Part shown: piece by piece, positions 62,200 to 64,000 of the stretch
Numbering within the stretch: position 1 is the stretch's first letter
Layout: each line of letters begins with the position of its first letter
Origin: Isurus oxyrinchus
Lineage: Eukaryota
Length of the DNA: 64,000 bases
Assembly: GCA_026770705.1 (NCBI GenBank)
Contig: JANJGN010000034.1
Span: 6,696,001-6,760,000 of the forward strand
Direction of reading: 5' to 3'
The notes under the pieces: generated by a model
The model's database searches: none
Told to the model about the DNA's origin: nothing
What the model saw: only the letters and a program-made list of their open reading frames with translations
Made by a program: the position numbers and the translations under genes

Positions 62200-62440
62200 T
62201 TTGATTGACAAAAATTCCAGCTACAAACTTGACATTTATTGCTTCCTAATGATCCAAAGCGGTTTCCAAACATTGAGGTGCTTTTCAGAGATAGTCAGTT
62301 CTGTAATTTCTGCTGCTCAACAGCTGAAGTTCGCAGAGGAATCCCGCACAAGAATCAGCGTGATAACCTCTCAATCATCTGCTCATTATTTTAAAGTGGA
62401 AGACATATAGTCAGGGCAGGGCAGTGGGTGAAGTCCATTT
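62200..62440 (-). mobile_element. Decayed SINE 3' region (Deu-SINE-like)
   Basis: ccaaagcggtttccaaacattgaggtgcttttcagagatagtcagttctgtaat resembles the reverse complement of an L2-type SINE tail. Assignment is from recall. Confidence 0.35.
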
Positions 62441-64000
62441 CGTTAAATTATGCCATGACATACTTTATATTGAAAAAGAGCAGAAAATGGGCTCAAAGTA
62501 AAATTTTTCCTCAAGGTCACCACGTCCAAAAGGACTATGTTCCCCCAGATCATCCCAGCTGTTAATGTGCCACCGACAGAATACTACTTTGGGGGTGCCA
62601 GATTAGAAATTGTACCTGTTTAGGCAAACCTCAGACTCAGAAGTGAAAACATTTGTTTTTATTGAACTACACCAGGGTCAATTACAATAATTTATATAAA
62701 TGTAGGTATGTTCACATACTCAATGTGCTTAATATTAGCACATGGTAGAAAGACACATTGCAGAAATGTGCATGTGTGTTTATTAGTTTAAATCAACGTA
62801 TTGTATTGAATAGAAGTAAAACTATTTGATGCAAAATGATATGTTTGCACACAAACAGATTTCTTGAAGCCCACATGTACATTGTATTCTTTAGTTTGAA
62901 TTATATTTAAATTCAAATATGATATTTTATACCAGATGATCAGCTAAGTTTTTGTCAGGCTGGTGTTTGCAACTTATTTTATTGTGAGATTTATTTTTGC
63001 CGTTGAATCAAAAACATTGCTGTCTCAATTTTATTTGGTTTTATTTAATTTGAACGCTTTCATTTCATTAATGTTCGTTGTTCATAGATGGTGACTTGGA
63101 TAAAAGATATAAACGTGAGTAAACATAAAATATTGATTTCCACTTTAAACAATCGCAGCCCTTTCACATATTTCTAGGAGTGATTGGGGATTGAGACTTG
63201 AAAGCCTCTAGGCCCGATAAGTTGCGTTATTTGTCCTATACCATACCATTTAGACGTCATCATATTATAGAAATCTTCGAAGACTTTATATCATCTAGCC
63301 AGGCGTGTTAGTACAAATCTATATGTTTGTTTGTTGACTACAGAGTTAGAGTAAAAAACACAACGCAGCAGATAGACAAAGTTGCATGTTTCACAAATTC
63401 AACCAGGCATCTGACGTATTGAATGTATTATAGGACATAGCATAGAGTGTTACTGCAGAAGAGACATGTTGTTGAAACTTTTCTGCTTGCACACATGAGG
63501 ACAGATTCGCAAGAATACCAAATGTAAAAGGGCACAACAATTTATGCTTCATGAAAAGACGGCATATAGCATCTGATTGGAAAGAGCCCCTACTATGAGG
63601 CATTTACAAGGGAATAGCTAACTGCCAAGAGGTTGTCTAAATTCTATACAGTCAGGTCGAGACGAATTTCTCAAGGGTTATCAATGGGGAGTGAACCAGG
63701 GAATGGCTGTCCCCCATGCTTTTGCTTAATTGAAAAAGGCGGAATGTATGGAGATGTCTTTCTGTTTGCATTCAAGAGAGTGTTGGTGTGAATGCCATGT
63801 AGCTTCTAGCATGCGTAAGTGATGGTCAGTGTGAGAATGACTGACAATATTTCATTGCTTCTCAGTGTCGTTTTAGCATGTTCAGGATTGCTTCAGGATT
63901 TGTTGTCCAAGCACAGGAACACATCTGATGTTGGATTGTTTTGTTTTTCTCTGGAGTTTGATACCCTCGGCTAACTGATTACGGCGAGTAACCTGATGCA

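Overview
This is AT-rich, repeat-dense eukaryotic DNA with no recognisable host protein-coding gene, rRNA, tRNA or CRISPR array. The repeats look vertebrate and probably cartilaginous fish; that is an inference from recalled repeat families, not a search. Most of the window is decayed CR1-group LINEs, SINE remnants and microsatellites. The standout is a young Penelope-like element (PLE, Neptune-type) family present as three TSD-bounded insertions: (1) a 5'-truncated RT + Cys-linker + GIY-YIG copy at 55368-57527 with an 11-bp TSD; (2) a 1026-bp non-autonomous copy at 21367-22392 with one inverted and two direct pseudo-LTRs (pLTRs) and a 14-bp TSD; (3) a 97-bp mini-insert at 29415-29511 with a 14-bp TSD. 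Each pLTR carries a 39-nt minimal type I hammerhead ribozyme (HHR) fold, AGUU-CUGUCGA-A-GGGUC-loop-GACUC-GAA-ACGU-C^-AACU. It has a palindromic stem III, which implies dimer cleavage, and a non-canonical U at core position 6. Older PLE subfamilies in the window keep the same 39-nt geometry. All folds were derived by eye and catalytic activity is untested.
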